A stretch of 64,000 nucleotides of DNA from a virus (IMGVR_UViG_3300012933_000155:1-64000); one strand, 5' to 3'; numbered from the stretch's first letter, positions 30,131-40,686 are shown. The notes: generated from the sequence alone by a model not told the origin. A program made the numbers and translations.

Positions 30131-30750
30131 TGTCACACACCATGATTCCTATTTCAATTACAGGCTTTCTAAAAGTCTATGATCCTAATAACAATGAGGT
30201 CTTTTATGACGGCCACAATGCTATTCACTACGAGAATATCTCAGTAGCTATCGCTGACACACTAAGTTCACGTGGCTTTGGTTCAATCTTTAAGATGGCT
30301 TTTGGTAACGGTGGCGCAAGTATCGATGATACTGGTATCATCACTTATTTGCCACCTAACACTACTGGCCAGAACGCCGGTTTATACAATCAAACATACG
30401 CTAAAATCGTTGACGACACTAACGTTTTGAACGGTGATCCATCACGTAACAAGATGGTTCCTAGTCACACTGCTGGTAAAGTCTATACTGACATTATCGT
30501 ACAATGTCTATTAGATTACGGCGAACCAGACGGTCAGGCAGCATTTGACAACGGTACTCAGACACAAGCACAGTTTGTTTTTGACGAATTAGGTCTTGTA
30601 GCTGACTATGGGGTAGATACACAGGGCTTTGAGCAGTCAAAATTGCTCACCCATGTGATTTTTCACCCCGTTCAGAAGTCTTTAAACCGTCAAATTCAGA
30701 TAGATTATACAATCAGAATCCAGTCGCTGACTAACTTAGTCACGGTTTAA
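30130..30750 (+). CDS. Baseplate/tail-fibre attachment protein (tail-collar-fibre N-terminal-like)
   Basis: KMAFGNGG...FVFDELGL...LLTHVIFHPVQKSLNR pattern; structural context. Confidence 0.55.
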   Translation: MSHTMIPISITGFLKVYDPNNNEVFYDGHNAIHYENISVAIADTLSSRGFGSIFKMAFGNGGASIDDTGIITYLPPNTTGQNAGLYNQTYAKIVDDTNVLNGDPSRNKMVPSHTAGKVYTDIIVQCLLDYGEPDGQAAFDNGTQTQAQFVFDELGLVADYGVDTQGFEQSKLLTHVIFHPVQKSLNRQIQIDYTIRIQSLTNLVTV

Positions 30751-30758
30751 GATAAATA
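30751..30758 (+). promoter_or_regulatory. Late promoter GATAAATA
   Basis: Immediately after the stop codon, upstream of the SD-led fibre gene. Confidence 0.65.
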
Positions 30759-30786
30759 CTAGAACACAAATTTGCGGAGCATCTAA

Positions 30787-32004
30787 ATGGCATATACAAT
30801 TATAAGAAGCGATGGGACAACATTGACAACCATCCAAGATGGTACAATTAACACAACCAGCACTTCACTAGGCTTACCCGGTAGAAATTATGCGGGTTAC
30901 GGACAGACTTTAAACACTAACTTCGTTCGTCAGCTTGAAAACTACTCAGGCGCAACCCCACCGAACAACCCATTAAAGGGTCAACTTTGGTACAATTCTT
31001 CTACAGGCACATTAAACGTATGCCCTACAGACGGATTAAGCAACACAGCAGCTTGGGTCACTCTTGCAAGCACTAGTTCTACTGGTGATACTACATTAGG
31101 TGATATTGAGTCTACCGGTAATGTTTCAGTAGCTGATAATTTATCAGTTGGCGGCTCAATTTCCGGTGATACTATCACTGTTCGTCTTGCTACTGTTACT
31201 GACGCACTAACTGCTGACACAGCTACTATCAATGACGGATATATTACTGCGGTAACTACAACTACAATCTCTACTGGATCTGCTACTACTAGCGGTACTT
31301 TAACTGGTGCGTGGACTGTTGTTGGTAACAATGCTTCAGGTGGTAACGCACTATCAGTTTCAAGCGGAAACATTGCGTTTGCTGCTGCTTCTGTTAACGG
31401 TATCAAGTGCGACAACTATATGTACGCAAACGGTGCAGCATTTAACCCCTCAGGTACTTACACTAACGTAAACGTTAGTGATTTCTTGACAGGCGCAAAC
31501 AGCACTACTCGATTTACAGGTAACATTGCCCCAACTAAAGTAACTACAAGTTATATTGCTGGCGGCGGCGTAATTTCTGGTATCTGGACATTAGATACAG
31601 GTGCTAGAATCGAAGCAACATACGCTGACTTAGCAGAACGCTATGAAGCTGACGCAGAATATGAAGTTGGTACTGTATTAGAATTGGGCGGCGAGAAAGA
31701 AGTTACTGTTGCTAGTGAACTTTCTGAACAAGTGTTCGGCGTAGTATCTGATTCTTATGCTTATTTGATGAACGGCGCTGCTGGTGACGAGAAATCACAC
31801 CCAGCTATTGCTTTAGCAGGTCGTGTTCAAGTTAAAGTAGTCGGTAAAGTTGCAAAGCGTGATAGATTAGTCTCTGCTGGTAACGGGTTCGCTCGTTCAG
31901 CTACTAAAGAAGAACTAACTGCTTTCAATAGCATCGGAAGAGCACTTACAAGTAAAGAAACAGACGGTGAAGGTACAGTCGAAGCTATCGTTACAATCAA
32001 ATAA
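30787..32004 (+). CDS. Tail fibre/spike with a C-terminal intramolecular chaperone (peptidase G2/S74-like) domain
   Basis: C-terminal ADLAERYEADAEYEVGTVL...VFGVVS..AYLMN...IALAGRVQVKVVG...DRLVS; Thr/Ser/Gly-rich shaft. Confidence 0.75.
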   Translation: MAYTIIRSDGTTLTTIQDGTINTTSTSLGLPGRNYAGYGQTLNTNFVRQLENYSGATPPNNPLKGQLWYNSSTGTLNVCPTDGLSNTAAWVTLASTSSTGDTTLGDIESTGNVSVADNLSVGGSISGDTITVRLATVTDALTADTATINDGYITAVTTTTISTGSATTSGTLTGAWTVVGNNASGGNALSVSSGNIAFAAASVNGIKCDNYMYANGAAFNPSGTYTNVNVSDFLTGANSTTRFTGNIAPTKVTTSYIAGGGVISGIWTLDTGARIEATYADLAERYEADAEYEVGTVLELGGEKEVTVASELSEQVFGVVSDSYAYLMNGAAGDEKSHPAIALAGRVQVKVVGKVAKRDRLVSAGNGFARSATKEELTAFNSIGRALTSKETDGEGTVEAIVTIK

Positions 32005-32013
32005 GGATAGAGA

Positions 32014-33000
32014 ATGACTTACGCAGCAAATCAAAAAATACTTGCTAACGACTATAATGGTTTGTTGGGCACAGGTACCGAAGCAAACGCACTTAACACT
32101 GTGTGGGCATCAGGTACAAGTAGAGCCGGCTATGGTCAGACTGCTCTTACAACCGTAATCTCTCCGGCTAAAGTCGCAGCAGCCCCTTGGGCAACACTAG
32201 TATCCAGAGTAAATTCGATTGCTAGTCATCAAGGTTCGGCTATTACCGCTGTAACAGCTCCTGCATCTGGTGGTAAAGTTGTCGCACTATCTGCTATTCC
32301 AGTTAACTTAACTACAATTTATAATAACAGAAACAACGCTGCCGGTCAAGGAACTACATACTCTTTGCCAGTAGCAACTCAAACTACTTGGGGTGATAGA
32401 ATTGTTTACACGTTTGTTGTATCGTTCCCCTCAGGTGATGCAGCTCGTTATTACTTCAATGCAGGCGGACAAATCGCCTTCACATTCAGTCATGGTACAA
32501 CTACTGCTGGTATTAATGCGTTATTAAACTCATTATGCTCTGCAATGGGAACTGTTGCGTTTAGCGCTCCTAGCTCGGGTACAGTTAATATCGCTGGTAC
32601 AAACTATGCTGGTGTTACTAAAGTAGGTGGTTCAGGCTCAGCGGCAGCATTTAGTGCAAACGCAGGTTACTATGCAATGAACACTAGCCCGCAAACTATC
32701 ATTAAACAATTAGCAGACCCTGCTAGTTCTTTAACAAAGTATGTTGGTACATTCATTCAAATCGATGCTAAGAGTAACGGTACTCAAGGATCAAAGGGTG
32801 ACATGGGTAATATCTTAACATTCACTGTTACAATTGATGAAGTTAGTACTCAGACTAGTGGGTTGACTGTAGCAACAGGAACAACTGCAACTCTTACAAT
32901 GCGTCCACCGTCAACTACATATTTGACGAACACTTGGGGCATCTTGCCCGGAAACCCTAGCAATACTATTACAGTTACTGGTTCAGTTTCGGGTTCTTAA
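32014..33000 (+). CDS. Virion structural protein
   Basis: T/S/G/A-rich; RYYFNAGGQIAF motif; same operon as the fibre gene. Confidence 0.6.
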   Translation: MTYAANQKILANDYNGLLGTGTEANALNTVWASGTSRAGYGQTALTTVISPAKVAAAPWATLVSRVNSIASHQGSAITAVTAPASGGKVVALSAIPVNLTTIYNNRNNAAGQGTTYSLPVATQTTWGDRIVYTFVVSFPSGDAARYYFNAGGQIAFTFSHGTTTAGINALLNSLCSAMGTVAFSAPSSGTVNIAGTNYAGVTKVGGSGSAAAFSANAGYYAMNTSPQTIIKQLADPASSLTKYVGTFIQIDAKSNGTQGSKGDMGNILTFTVTIDEVSTQTSGLTVATGTTATLTMRPPSTTYLTNTWGILPGNPSNTITVTGSVSGS

Positions 33001-33049
33001 TTAATATATCGGCTCTTCGGTATCCATCTAAATACTCTCAGGAGTACTT

Positions 33050-33355
33050 ATGGATACCGAAGACCTTATTAAAGAAGCCAAAGCAAGATTTAGCCATAAC
33101 AGTGCTAAAGCACAACTTGCAGACAAATACAAAAGCAAACTATCCATTGCCGAACAAGGTGGATTATGGAACATTACCCCTGAACTACTTAGCTTCTTAG
33201 CTAGTTTAGAACAAGAACGTGTCGTAATTATCGATACATTCAACAACCCCGTAAAAGTCGACCGGAGAGAGTTATTAGTTAAGCTATTAACTACTTACAA
33301 TTCCGTTATGGAACAATGGCACAAAGAGTGGACTGAGTTAGAGAACAAAAGATGA
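33050..33355 (+). CDS. Hypothetical protein
   Basis: AGGAG SD, CTAAATA late-type box at 33028-33034, ATGA-coupled to the next gene. Confidence 0.7.
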   Translation: MDTEDLIKEAKARFSHNSAKAQLADKYKSKLSIAEQGGLWNITPELLSFLASLEQERVVIIDTFNNPVKVDRRELLVKLLTTYNSVMEQWHKEWTELENKR

Positions 33356-34152
33356 GCAAAGGCGTAATACTATTTGCCTATAATAACAAGAATGTAGATT
33401 ACTATAAAATGGCAGTTGCTACTGCTAAACGAGTAAACCATTTCTTAAATTTACCCGTCACTGTAGTTACTGACGAGACTACTGACATAGAGAGTTATGG
33501 GTACACATTCGATAAGACTATTATCAATGAAGCAGACAAGTCAAACATCAAAGAAAATACTGCCTGGATTAACAAGGGTAGATTTAATGCATATGAGTTC
33601 AGCCCCTATGACGAGACTATCGTTTTAGATACTGATTATATGATTAACAGCGACACTTTATTAAAGACATTTGATTTTGAATCAGATTTAATGTGTCATA
33701 ACAGAACAAGCGTAATGATGGCTCCAGACGCAGCACAGGAACCATTAAGCACGTACAGCGTTAATACATTGTGGGCTACAGTAATCAGATTTAATAAGTC
33801 ATTGTACGCAAAACAAGTATTTGAATCTATGAAGATGATTCAAAACAATTATACACACTATATGCATTTGTACCGTCTTAATAGCGATATGTACCGTAAC
33901 GACTATTCACTAACGATTGCAACAAGAATCTGTAACGGGCACACAGAAGATACTAGTCAATATCTACCCTGGAATCTAACTCACGTTGGGCAGAATACAA
34001 CGGTATATAAAGTCAACGACAGTGAATTCAACACTGAGTATATGATAATGTACGATAATTGGATCCGCGATAAGTTACGCAAAGAGTATATTACAATCAA
34101 AGATTTTGATTTCCATATGCTTAACAAAAAGAACTTTATGGAGTTAATATGA
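33352..34152 (+). CDS. GT-A fold glycosyltransferase (GT8-like)
   Basis: KGVILFAYN, RFNAYEFSPYDETIVLDTDY with a DxD motif. Confidence 0.75.
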   Translation: MSKGVILFAYNNKNVDYYKMAVATAKRVNHFLNLPVTVVTDETTDIESYGYTFDKTIINEADKSNIKENTAWINKGRFNAYEFSPYDETIVLDTDYMINSDTLLKTFDFESDLMCHNRTSVMMAPDAAQEPLSTYSVNTLWATVIRFNKSLYAKQVFESMKMIQNNYTHYMHLYRLNSDMYRNDYSLTIATRICNGHTEDTSQYLPWNLTHVGQNTTVYKVNDSEFNTEYMIMYDNWIRDKLRKEYITIKDFDFHMLNKKNFMELI

Positions 34153-34946
34153 ATAGAGGCTTTGTAATTTTAGCACAGAATACGAGCACGGTAGATTACG
34201 TCAAGTGTGCAGTATTGTTAGCCAAGAGCATTAAACAACATATGCCCGCAGAATCTGTCTCGATTATCACTGACAATAAAGTAGAAGATGGTATATTTGA
34301 GCATGTTATCCCGTTACCAAAGGGCGACTTAGCTCCTGACAGTGTATGGAAACTTGTAAATGACCATCAAGTATACGAAGCAAGCCCATACGAATACACG
34401 ATTAAGCTAGAAGCTGACATGGTTATAACTAGCGATATCTCATATTGGTGGGATATATTATCGTATAGGGACTTAGTAGTTAGCTCGACTATCAGGAACT
34501 TTAAAGGTGACATTAGCACTAATCAGTTCTATAGAAGATTTATAACTGACAATAACCTCCCCGACGTATATAACGCTGTCACATACTTTAAAAAGAGTGA
34601 CACCGCAAGTGAATTCTTTATGCTTGTTGCTAATATATTCGACAACTGGGAACAATATAAAAAGATATTAAAGTGTGATCCTGAAGAGATTGCTACTACT
34701 GACTGGGTATACTCTATTAGTTGCCATTTAATGGGAGTTGAAAGAACTACACTACCAACATTCACTGAGATGGGTATGACTCATATGAAGCAACATATCA
34801 ACGGGTTGCTTCAACCTGATTGGACTAAAGAGTTAGTCACCGAGTTCTCAATAGACCATATTCGTATTAATGGCTTTGCGCAGAAGTTCCCATTACATTA
34901 TCATGTGAAAGAGTTCTCAAATACTCTGGAGAAATACTATGGATGA
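34149..34946 (+). CDS. GT-A fold glycosyltransferase paralog
   Basis: RGFVILAQN, VYEASPYEYTIKLEADM (ExD); clear paralog of the upstream gene. Confidence 0.7.
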   Translation: MNRGFVILAQNTSTVDYVKCAVLLAKSIKQHMPAESVSIITDNKVEDGIFEHVIPLPKGDLAPDSVWKLVNDHQVYEASPYEYTIKLEADMVITSDISYWWDILSYRDLVVSSTIRNFKGDISTNQFYRRFITDNNLPDVYNAVTYFKKSDTASEFFMLVANIFDNWEQYKKILKCDPEEIATTDWVYSISCHLMGVERTTLPTFTEMGMTHMKQHINGLLQPDWTKELVTEFSIDHIRINGFAQKFPLHYHVKEFSNTLEKYYG

Positions 34947-35268
34947 AGAGATTTATATTGAATTACCTGAGTTTGTTCCGCCCGAATTACGTCTATATTA
35001 TGATGACAACGGCTCAGTAATATGTTATACTTGTGATATACTTGAAGGGAACTATATTATAGTCACCCCTGACGTATTTGCACAAGGTCGACCCGATATT
35101 AAAGTAATTGACGGTAAAGTACAAGAGAAGTTCAACGGCTTAGTGTTGTCGATACTAGAGAAATCTACTACAGGAACAACTACTGTGTTTGATGATATCA
35201 GTATTGTAGTTGACAGTGAGTACAAGGGAAAGACACAACAATGGGAATTAAAGCATTATGAGTTATGA
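34939..35268 (+). CDS. Hypothetical protein
   Basis: ORF overlapping both neighbours in the operon. Confidence 0.65.
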   Translation: MDEEIYIELPEFVPPELRLYYDDNGSVICYTCDILEGNYIIVTPDVFAQGRPDIKVIDGKVQEKFNGLVLSILEKSTTGTTTVFDDISIVVDSEYKGKTQQWELKHYEL

Positions 35269-36205
35269 GATAGTAGACGTAGCCGATTTAGACGTAGTAT
35301 ACTTGAGCTATGATGAGCCACAGAAAGAAGAATTCTGGGTCAAGATTAAGAACATGGTACCCTGGGCAAAGCGTGTCGACGGTGTTAAGGGCAGTGATGC
35401 AGCACACAAAGCTGCCGCAGAAGCCTCAGATACTGAACGATTTATTTTAATTGACGGGGATAATCTTCCTAATAAAGAATTCTTCAACATTCAATTAGAT
35501 TATACTGACAAAGACCCTACATTTACAACAGCTCAATATCGCTGGAGAGCAGTTAATAGCATCAACGGCTTGCGTTATGGTAACGGTGGTATTAGTTCTT
35601 GGACTAAAGACTATGTGATGAACATGAAGACACATGAGGCTAGTGACGGTAACGACACTACCACCGTTGACTTTTGTTTAGATAGTACAAACAATCAATA
35701 CTGGGCTATGCACGATTGCTACAGTACAACATACCCTAACTATACACCCTTTCAAGCATGGCGTGCTGGATTCCGTGAAGGTGTAAAGATGTGCCTGAAC
35801 AACGGTAAGAAGCCAAGCGTAGAAGACTTTAAAGAAACAGTTGCAGGACGCAACATGAACAACTTAACTATCTGGCACAACGTAGGACAAGATGTAGAGA
35901 ACGGTATCTGGGCTATTCATGGCTCACGATTAGGTACTTACATGACTATGTTATCAGATTGGAATCCACAAGAAGTTCAATGGTTTGACAACTTTCCTGA
36001 ACTGTGGGAAAAGTATAAAGACAGAGACCCGCATTATTCAGCAACGTTCTTTGGCGAAGCATTATCTGATAAATTAGACTTGCCTATGTGTATGTTATCC
36101 TCTGACCAAAGTAAGTTCTTTAAGCGTCACTATAATAGTGATAAGCACAACTTAGGACCTTTAGTCAGAGAGATGGATGTTATACGTCGGATCGAAGGTT
36201 GGTAA
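35258..36205 (+). CDS. Glycosyltransferase-like (GT-A) protein
   Basis: LDVVYLSYDEP...RVDGVKGSDAAHKAAA...FILIDGDN (DxD); AWRAGFREGVKM. Confidence 0.65.
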   Translation: MSYEIVDVADLDVVYLSYDEPQKEEFWVKIKNMVPWAKRVDGVKGSDAAHKAAAEASDTERFILIDGDNLPNKEFFNIQLDYTDKDPTFTTAQYRWRAVNSINGLRYGNGGISSWTKDYVMNMKTHEASDGNDTTTVDFCLDSTNNQYWAMHDCYSTTYPNYTPFQAWRAGFREGVKMCLNNGKKPSVEDFKETVAGRNMNNLTIWHNVGQDVENGIWAIHGSRLGTYMTMLSDWNPQEVQWFDNFPELWEKYKDRDPHYSATFFGEALSDKLDLPMCMLSSDQSKFFKRHYNSDKHNLGPLVREMDVIRRIEGW

Positions 36206-38195
36206 TAGGAATTACTTTTTTACGGTACTGAGCATGTACCGTTTCTTTTACCTGGTTAACGTCAGATACAAAGTCTCTGATATTACCTTGCTTAATAATA
36301 GACTGAGAGAAAGTCTTATCTTCAACACTTCTCTCCTGCTCATATAAGACTTTCTTACCCTCGTCTAGTGCAATATGTTTAAGAGCATGACCTAGAATTA
36401 AATGGTAATCTCCGTTATCCTCTACGTTAACTGAGAATTGACAAGTATAGTCGTTAACAATCCAGCTACCGAATGTAGTTGAATCTTTAGTTGGGTCAAA
36501 CTGAATAGTCAGATTGAAACCGCCGAAATACTTAAACAACCCAACCATTATCGACAGATATTCATTACTAATGATATCTTCGAACTTAACGTCACCGTTA
36601 AACTCTAGTTTTGCAAACTCGTCAGGAGACTCATATTCTTTACATGTATTCTTAGTAGAGAACGTATAGAATTCCTCAATATTATAGTAACGTTGACTGT
36701 TAATAATAGTTGAGTTACTGTTATTTGCTAAGATATCTAACCAGACATGTAATAACTTGATACGGATGAATCTATTTAAAATAGTATTCTTGTATCCTAA
36801 CGTATACCAAGCGTCTAAGAACGTTGCACCGTCACCGATAGCATTTTGTCCTGCAATGTTATAAGTCTTCCAGTCAGTATACATGTGACTTGCGATAACA
36901 GGTCCAGCACCGAATCCAGGACTAATCGCCCCAATATGTGTTCTAGCGTTAGCTAACAACTGTAGACTATGTAAGAAGTCAATAGGTTCTTCTGTAGGGA
37001 ATCCAATAATCCAGTTAACGTGATTGAATAACCCAACTTCTTGCCCATGCTTTAAGTTACTTTCAACTTCCCAGATATCAATCTTCTTGCGCATATCTGT
37101 TAATACTTTCTGGCTACCAGACTCTACACCGTAACTAATACATGTGCAGCCCGATTCGGCAATCTTTTGAATAAACTCTTTATCCATTCTGCCGTCACAT
37201 CTAGCATAACTATTCCATTGAATCTTTAATTTCTTCTCTAGTATTAAGTCTACTAATCTTCTGAAATTCTTTAAATTACCGTTAACTAAGCTGTCAACAA
37301 ACCAGAATCTAGATATACCATAGTTATTGATTTGATGTTCCATCTCTTCAACCACTTGCTCAGGGGTTCTGCTTCTAAACTTCCAGAAGTAAGTCTCGGA
37401 ACAAAAGCTACACTCAGCAACACACCCGCGAGATGTTTCAATACTAGCACCGTCGGGATGCTGATAGTTCTTTAAGTTATAGTCACTATAGTCGGGGAAT
37501 GCGCTTTTCTCTAAGTTAAGTTTACTATCAGTAGTACCGATTTTTATACGTGTAGGATACTCGTCAGGAAGTTCTTCTAATACAGATATTAAAGTCTCCT
37601 CAGCTTCGCCGATAAACAAATAGTTAAATGGTAACTTACTCAATGTATTACCCGACATAACTTCAGGACCACCTGCAATGAAACAACTGTTGGGTAATAA
37701 TCGTTTTAATTCATTAACAATATACGTAGAAGCAAGCAAGTTTGTATTATATAAGCTGAACCCGATAACTCTAGGATTAGCTTTTACAATGTCATTGATT
37801 GTTTTATCAAATAAGGGCTTTAATAAAGGTAATATCTCATTATCAAACGATTCATTAGTGACCCAGACATGAAAGTTCTCCCCGCGCCAATAGTCTTTAT
37901 TAACCGTATGATATGATTCAATGTTTAAGTCATAGACCTTAGTGCTGTAACCAAAATGCCTTAGATTGCCCGTCAACTTAGCTAAGTTATAGGGAGGAAA
38001 CAATACACCCCACGCAGGGGCTATAATCATTGCTACTCTGAACTTATCTGTATCTTGCCAAGCAATGTCTGGGTTGACAAAGCCTAGCTCGTTAGTAGAA
38101 CTAACATTACCTAAATGACTCTCTGCATGATTCAAATTGTCTTTAGCTAATATATGCTCAAGTATTACTTGGTCTCGGTCTTTATGTTGATTCAT
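36180..38195 (-). CDS. Cobalamin-binding radical SAM enzyme (class B methyltransferase-like)
   Basis: B12-binding domain (PRVIGFSLY...IAGGPEV...GEAE) plus ETSRGCVAECSFC (CxxxCxxC) and GVESGSQKVL. Confidence 0.88.
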   Translation of the reverse strand: MNQHKDRDQVILEHILAKDNLNHAESHLGNVSSTNELGFVNPDIAWQDTDKFRVAMIIAPAWGVLFPPYNLAKLTGNLRHFGYSTKVYDLNIESYHTVNKDYWRGENFHVWVTNESFDNEILPLLKPLFDKTINDIVKANPRVIGFSLYNTNLLASTYIVNELKRLLPNSCFIAGGPEVMSGNTLSKLPFNYLFIGEAEETLISVLEELPDEYPTRIKIGTTDSKLNLEKSAFPDYSDYNLKNYQHPDGASIETSRGCVAECSFCSETYFWKFRSRTPEQVVEEMEHQINNYGISRFWFVDSLVNGNLKNFRRLVDLILEKKLKIQWNSYARCDGRMDKEFIQKIAESGCTCISYGVESGSQKVLTDMRKKIDIWEVESNLKHGQEVGLFNHVNWIIGFPTEEPIDFLHSLQLLANARTHIGAISPGFGAGPVIASHMYTDWKTYNIAGQNAIGDGATFLDAWYTLGYKNTILNRFIRIKLLHVWLDILANNSNSTIINSQRYYNIEEFYTFSTKNTCKEYESPDEFAKLEFNGDVKFEDIISNEYLSIMVGLFKYFGGFNLTIQFDPTKDSTTFGSWIVNDYTCQFSVNVEDNGDYHLILGHALKHIALDEGKKVLYEQERSVEDKTFSQSIIKQGNIRDFVSDVNQVKETVHAQYRKKVIPITNLRSDV

Positions 38196-39301
38196 GGTGG
38201 CAATAGTGAACTCATGTTACCTAACTTCATATTTGGGTGCTTGAAGACAGGGTCTTTCAATATCTCAATTAACTCATCTCTACCGATATGTCCATCTTGC
38301 CATACAGCCATTCCCTTAAAGCGTTCGTCATCTAAGTGATGCCACTGAGCTAATAGATTAGTCCAGACTTTGGGGTTTGATTTGAATGATGTTTGCCAAT
38401 GTGCATATTCACGCAATTCTTTGTAATTATCACGTTGAACTACGAAATTAGTCTGCCAATTAAACATACGTGGGAAGCACTTGTTAACTGCCATCTCGTC
38501 TAATACTTCTAAGTTCTTCTTTAAACGCTTGAAGTTACCGTTCTTTCTAACAATCTTATATGTGTCTTCGTTAAACGCATCAACGCTTACTTCGATAAAT
38601 TCAATGTTAGGCCATAGTGGCTTAATGCTTTCCCAGTTCTCTTTAGTCATCATTACACCGTTTGTTTTGATGTTGATTCTAAGATTGTCTGGAACACTTT
38701 GTCCTGCAAGCTCTACTAAGTAACTCCAGTACAATGGGCTAGCAAAAGCATCCCCTGAGCCAGTGATGTTTAAATTAACAATTTTATGCTGTACTAGCAT
38801 CTTGTTAACTAAGTCTTTAACCTTCTGATGAATGATTTTAATACGCTGACCGTTCTTATCTTCAAGGTCTTCAGTGTCCCATACTATTAACTTATCTCTA
38901 CAGCTAGGGCATTGTAAGTTGCAACTTAAATCATAACTAAAGCCAATATTCATTGTGCTATTTTCTAATTCTCTGTCTAAGTTTTCTTTAGGAATAATGT
39001 CCCAATAGTCTTTGCGACCGTTCATAAACGAACTTAGCTGAGGACATTGGTCATTACATTGGTCGAAGCAACCTCTTCGCATATCGTCTTGTACGTTCTT
39101 GCGATTGATGTTGTTTAATACTTCTTCTACAGATTGATGTAGCAAGTTACCCGCATCTACTGGTAACCAAGTACCACAGCAGATAGTTACTGCACCATAT
39201 GAATGAATCTCTATATGCTTGAACGGGACCTTGCAACTATAGTTTGAAAGGTCACTAACGTTCTTATAATGTGACTCTGGTTGTATAATAAATTTAGGCA
39301 T
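38192..39301 (-). CDS. Radical SAM protein with an N-terminal SPASM/twitch-like domain
   Basis: CKVPFKHIEIHSYGAVTICC; CNLQCPSC; GSGDAF. Confidence 0.85.
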   Translation of the reverse strand: MPKFIIQPESHYKNVSDLSNYSCKVPFKHIEIHSYGAVTICCGTWLPVDAGNLLHQSVEEVLNNINRKNVQDDMRRGCFDQCNDQCPQLSSFMNGRKDYWDIIPKENLDRELENSTMNIGFSYDLSCNLQCPSCRDKLIVWDTEDLEDKNGQRIKIIHQKVKDLVNKMLVQHKIVNLNITGSGDAFASPLYWSYLVELAGQSVPDNLRINIKTNGVMMTKENWESIKPLWPNIEFIEVSVDAFNEDTYKIVRKNGNFKRLKKNLEVLDEMAVNKCFPRMFNWQTNFVVQRDNYKELREYAHWQTSFKSNPKVWTNLLAQWHHLDDERFKGMAVWQDGHIGRDELIEILKDPVFKHPNMKLGNMSSLLPP

Positions 39302-40521
39302 TATTTTAAAATCTCAATTAATTCAGGTAAAGTCTTTAATGAATTCTCATCTCTGATAGCATCGATTTTAAGCATCTCAGCTTTAAATCTCTCTGCCATT
39401 TTCGGGTTGTGAGGCTTCTCTAAGTGCCAGAATAAGTGCAAGAACTTGTTTCTAATATCTACTTTAAATCTAGTATTGTAATCTGAAATAAAGTTCTCTA
39501 ACTTGTCACGGATCTTTAGTCTAGTAGCATCGGGTAAGGTACTTACATGATAGTGTGGACCGAACTCTAATACGTTGAAACTGAAGTTCTGCCAGTACTC
39601 GTCCGACTCTCTAATGACGCCGATATCAACTAATCTATTGATAACCTCAGGGATTCTATGCACGTTCATGTTACTAACAGTCATGCTTGGCTTAACGTGA
39701 ATATCTAACTCAACTACTTTAATTAAGTTTTCTTCAACTGTTTTCCAATTAGTACCCGCACGAATTAATTCAGCACGGTCATCAATCTCGTCAATACTAG
39801 GCCATAACCAAATTCTTCTGCCCCATTTCTTCCAATAATCAAGGACATTTTTGTTCTTATATGTTAGTTTGCTTAAATTGCTGTTGTACGTTAAGATAAC
39901 ATCGTATCTTTCACTCTTGTCTAGCATGTCTAAGATTTGCCAATGTTCGTCCATTAGTAACGGCTCACCACCTGCAAAGTAGACTTTCTCTACGATATTA
40001 ACATACTTCTTTAAGAAGTCTACATTGGTTGATTCATCAACTGAATCGATGCCGATAACTTTGTCGTTACGTTTCTCATCCATCCAGCCCAATTGTCGAG
40101 CGTCAGGGATCCAAGAGCTAGAGAACTCTGGTCCGCATGTTCTGCATTTATAGTTGCAAAGATTGCTAAATCTAAAGTCCCAGTAACGTAAGTCAACTTT
40201 GTCAACGTGCCCGTCTGTTTGTGTGATAACGGGAATCTCGTTAAGTTTGCTACTGAAATATCTATTGTGGTTGATTCTAGTGCTATGCCCGCTACTACGT
40301 TCGCTTTCAAAGCAACGTGAGCACATGCTTGGCTCTTCACCGTTAATCATTTGTACACGAACTTTCTTCATGTACTCACTGTTCCAAACTTCTTCGATAG
40401 TCTGAGTATTCAAATCTCCTGCATACCCTGTAAAGTCTGTTGTCATACAGCACGGGTAAACCTTACCCCTAGGGATAATGTTAAGATGTGTCCATGGGAT
40501 AGCGCAAATTGTATTTTTCAT
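39301..40521 (-). CDS. Radical SAM protein with an N-terminal SPASM/twitch-like domain (likely start ATG 40521 rather than TTG 40536)
   Basis: CAIPWTHLNIIPRGKVYPCC; CSRC; CNYKCRTC; FAGGEPLL. Confidence 0.88.
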   Translation of the reverse strand: MKNTICAIPWTHLNIIPRGKVYPCCMTTDFTGYAGDLNTQTIEEVWNSEYMKKVRVQMINGEEPSMCSRCFESERSSGHSTRINHNRYFSSKLNEIPVITQTDGHVDKVDLRYWDFRFSNLCNYKCRTCGPEFSSSWIPDARQLGWMDEKRNDKVIGIDSVDESTNVDFLKKYVNIVEKVYFAGGEPLLMDEHWQILDMLDKSERYDVILTYNSNLSKLTYKNKNVLDYWKKWGRRIWLWPSIDEIDDRAELIRAGTNWKTVEENLIKVVELDIHVKPSMTVSNMNVHRIPEVINRLVDIGVIRESDEYWQNFSFNVLEFGPHYHVSTLPDATRLKIRDKLENFISDYNTRFKVDIRNKFLHLFWHLEKPHNPKMAERFKAEMLKIDAIRDENSLKTLPELIEILK

Positions 40522-40589
40522 TAGTGTATATATCAAGGTTGCGGCAGTAGGCTAAAAATACAACAACTACTTAGCTGATTAAATATCGT

Positions 40590-40685
40590 ATGTTTATAAT
40601 TAATTTCTTCAAGCGTCTTGTACGTGAATACCAGTACCGTAAAAAGCTAAAAAAACTACGTGACAGAGACCCATTTATCTATTGA
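40590..40685 (+). CDS. Small basic protein, 31 aa, absent from the ORF track
   Basis: MFIINFFKRLVREYQYRKKLKKLRDRDPFIY; ends 1 nt before the carbamoyltransferase ATG. Confidence 0.65.
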   Translation: MFIINFFKRLVREYQYRKKLKKLRDRDPFIY

Positions 40686-40686
40686 T

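Noticed and set aside
33010-33026. GGCTCTTCGG resembling the ssrA terminator
   Set aside because: The 3' arm (tatcc) does not complete the stem and there is no U-tract.
40660-40686. Track GTG start of the carbamoyltransferase
   Set aside because: It overlaps the 31-aa upstream ORF; the family begins at the MNYIGLS strand (ATG 40687).
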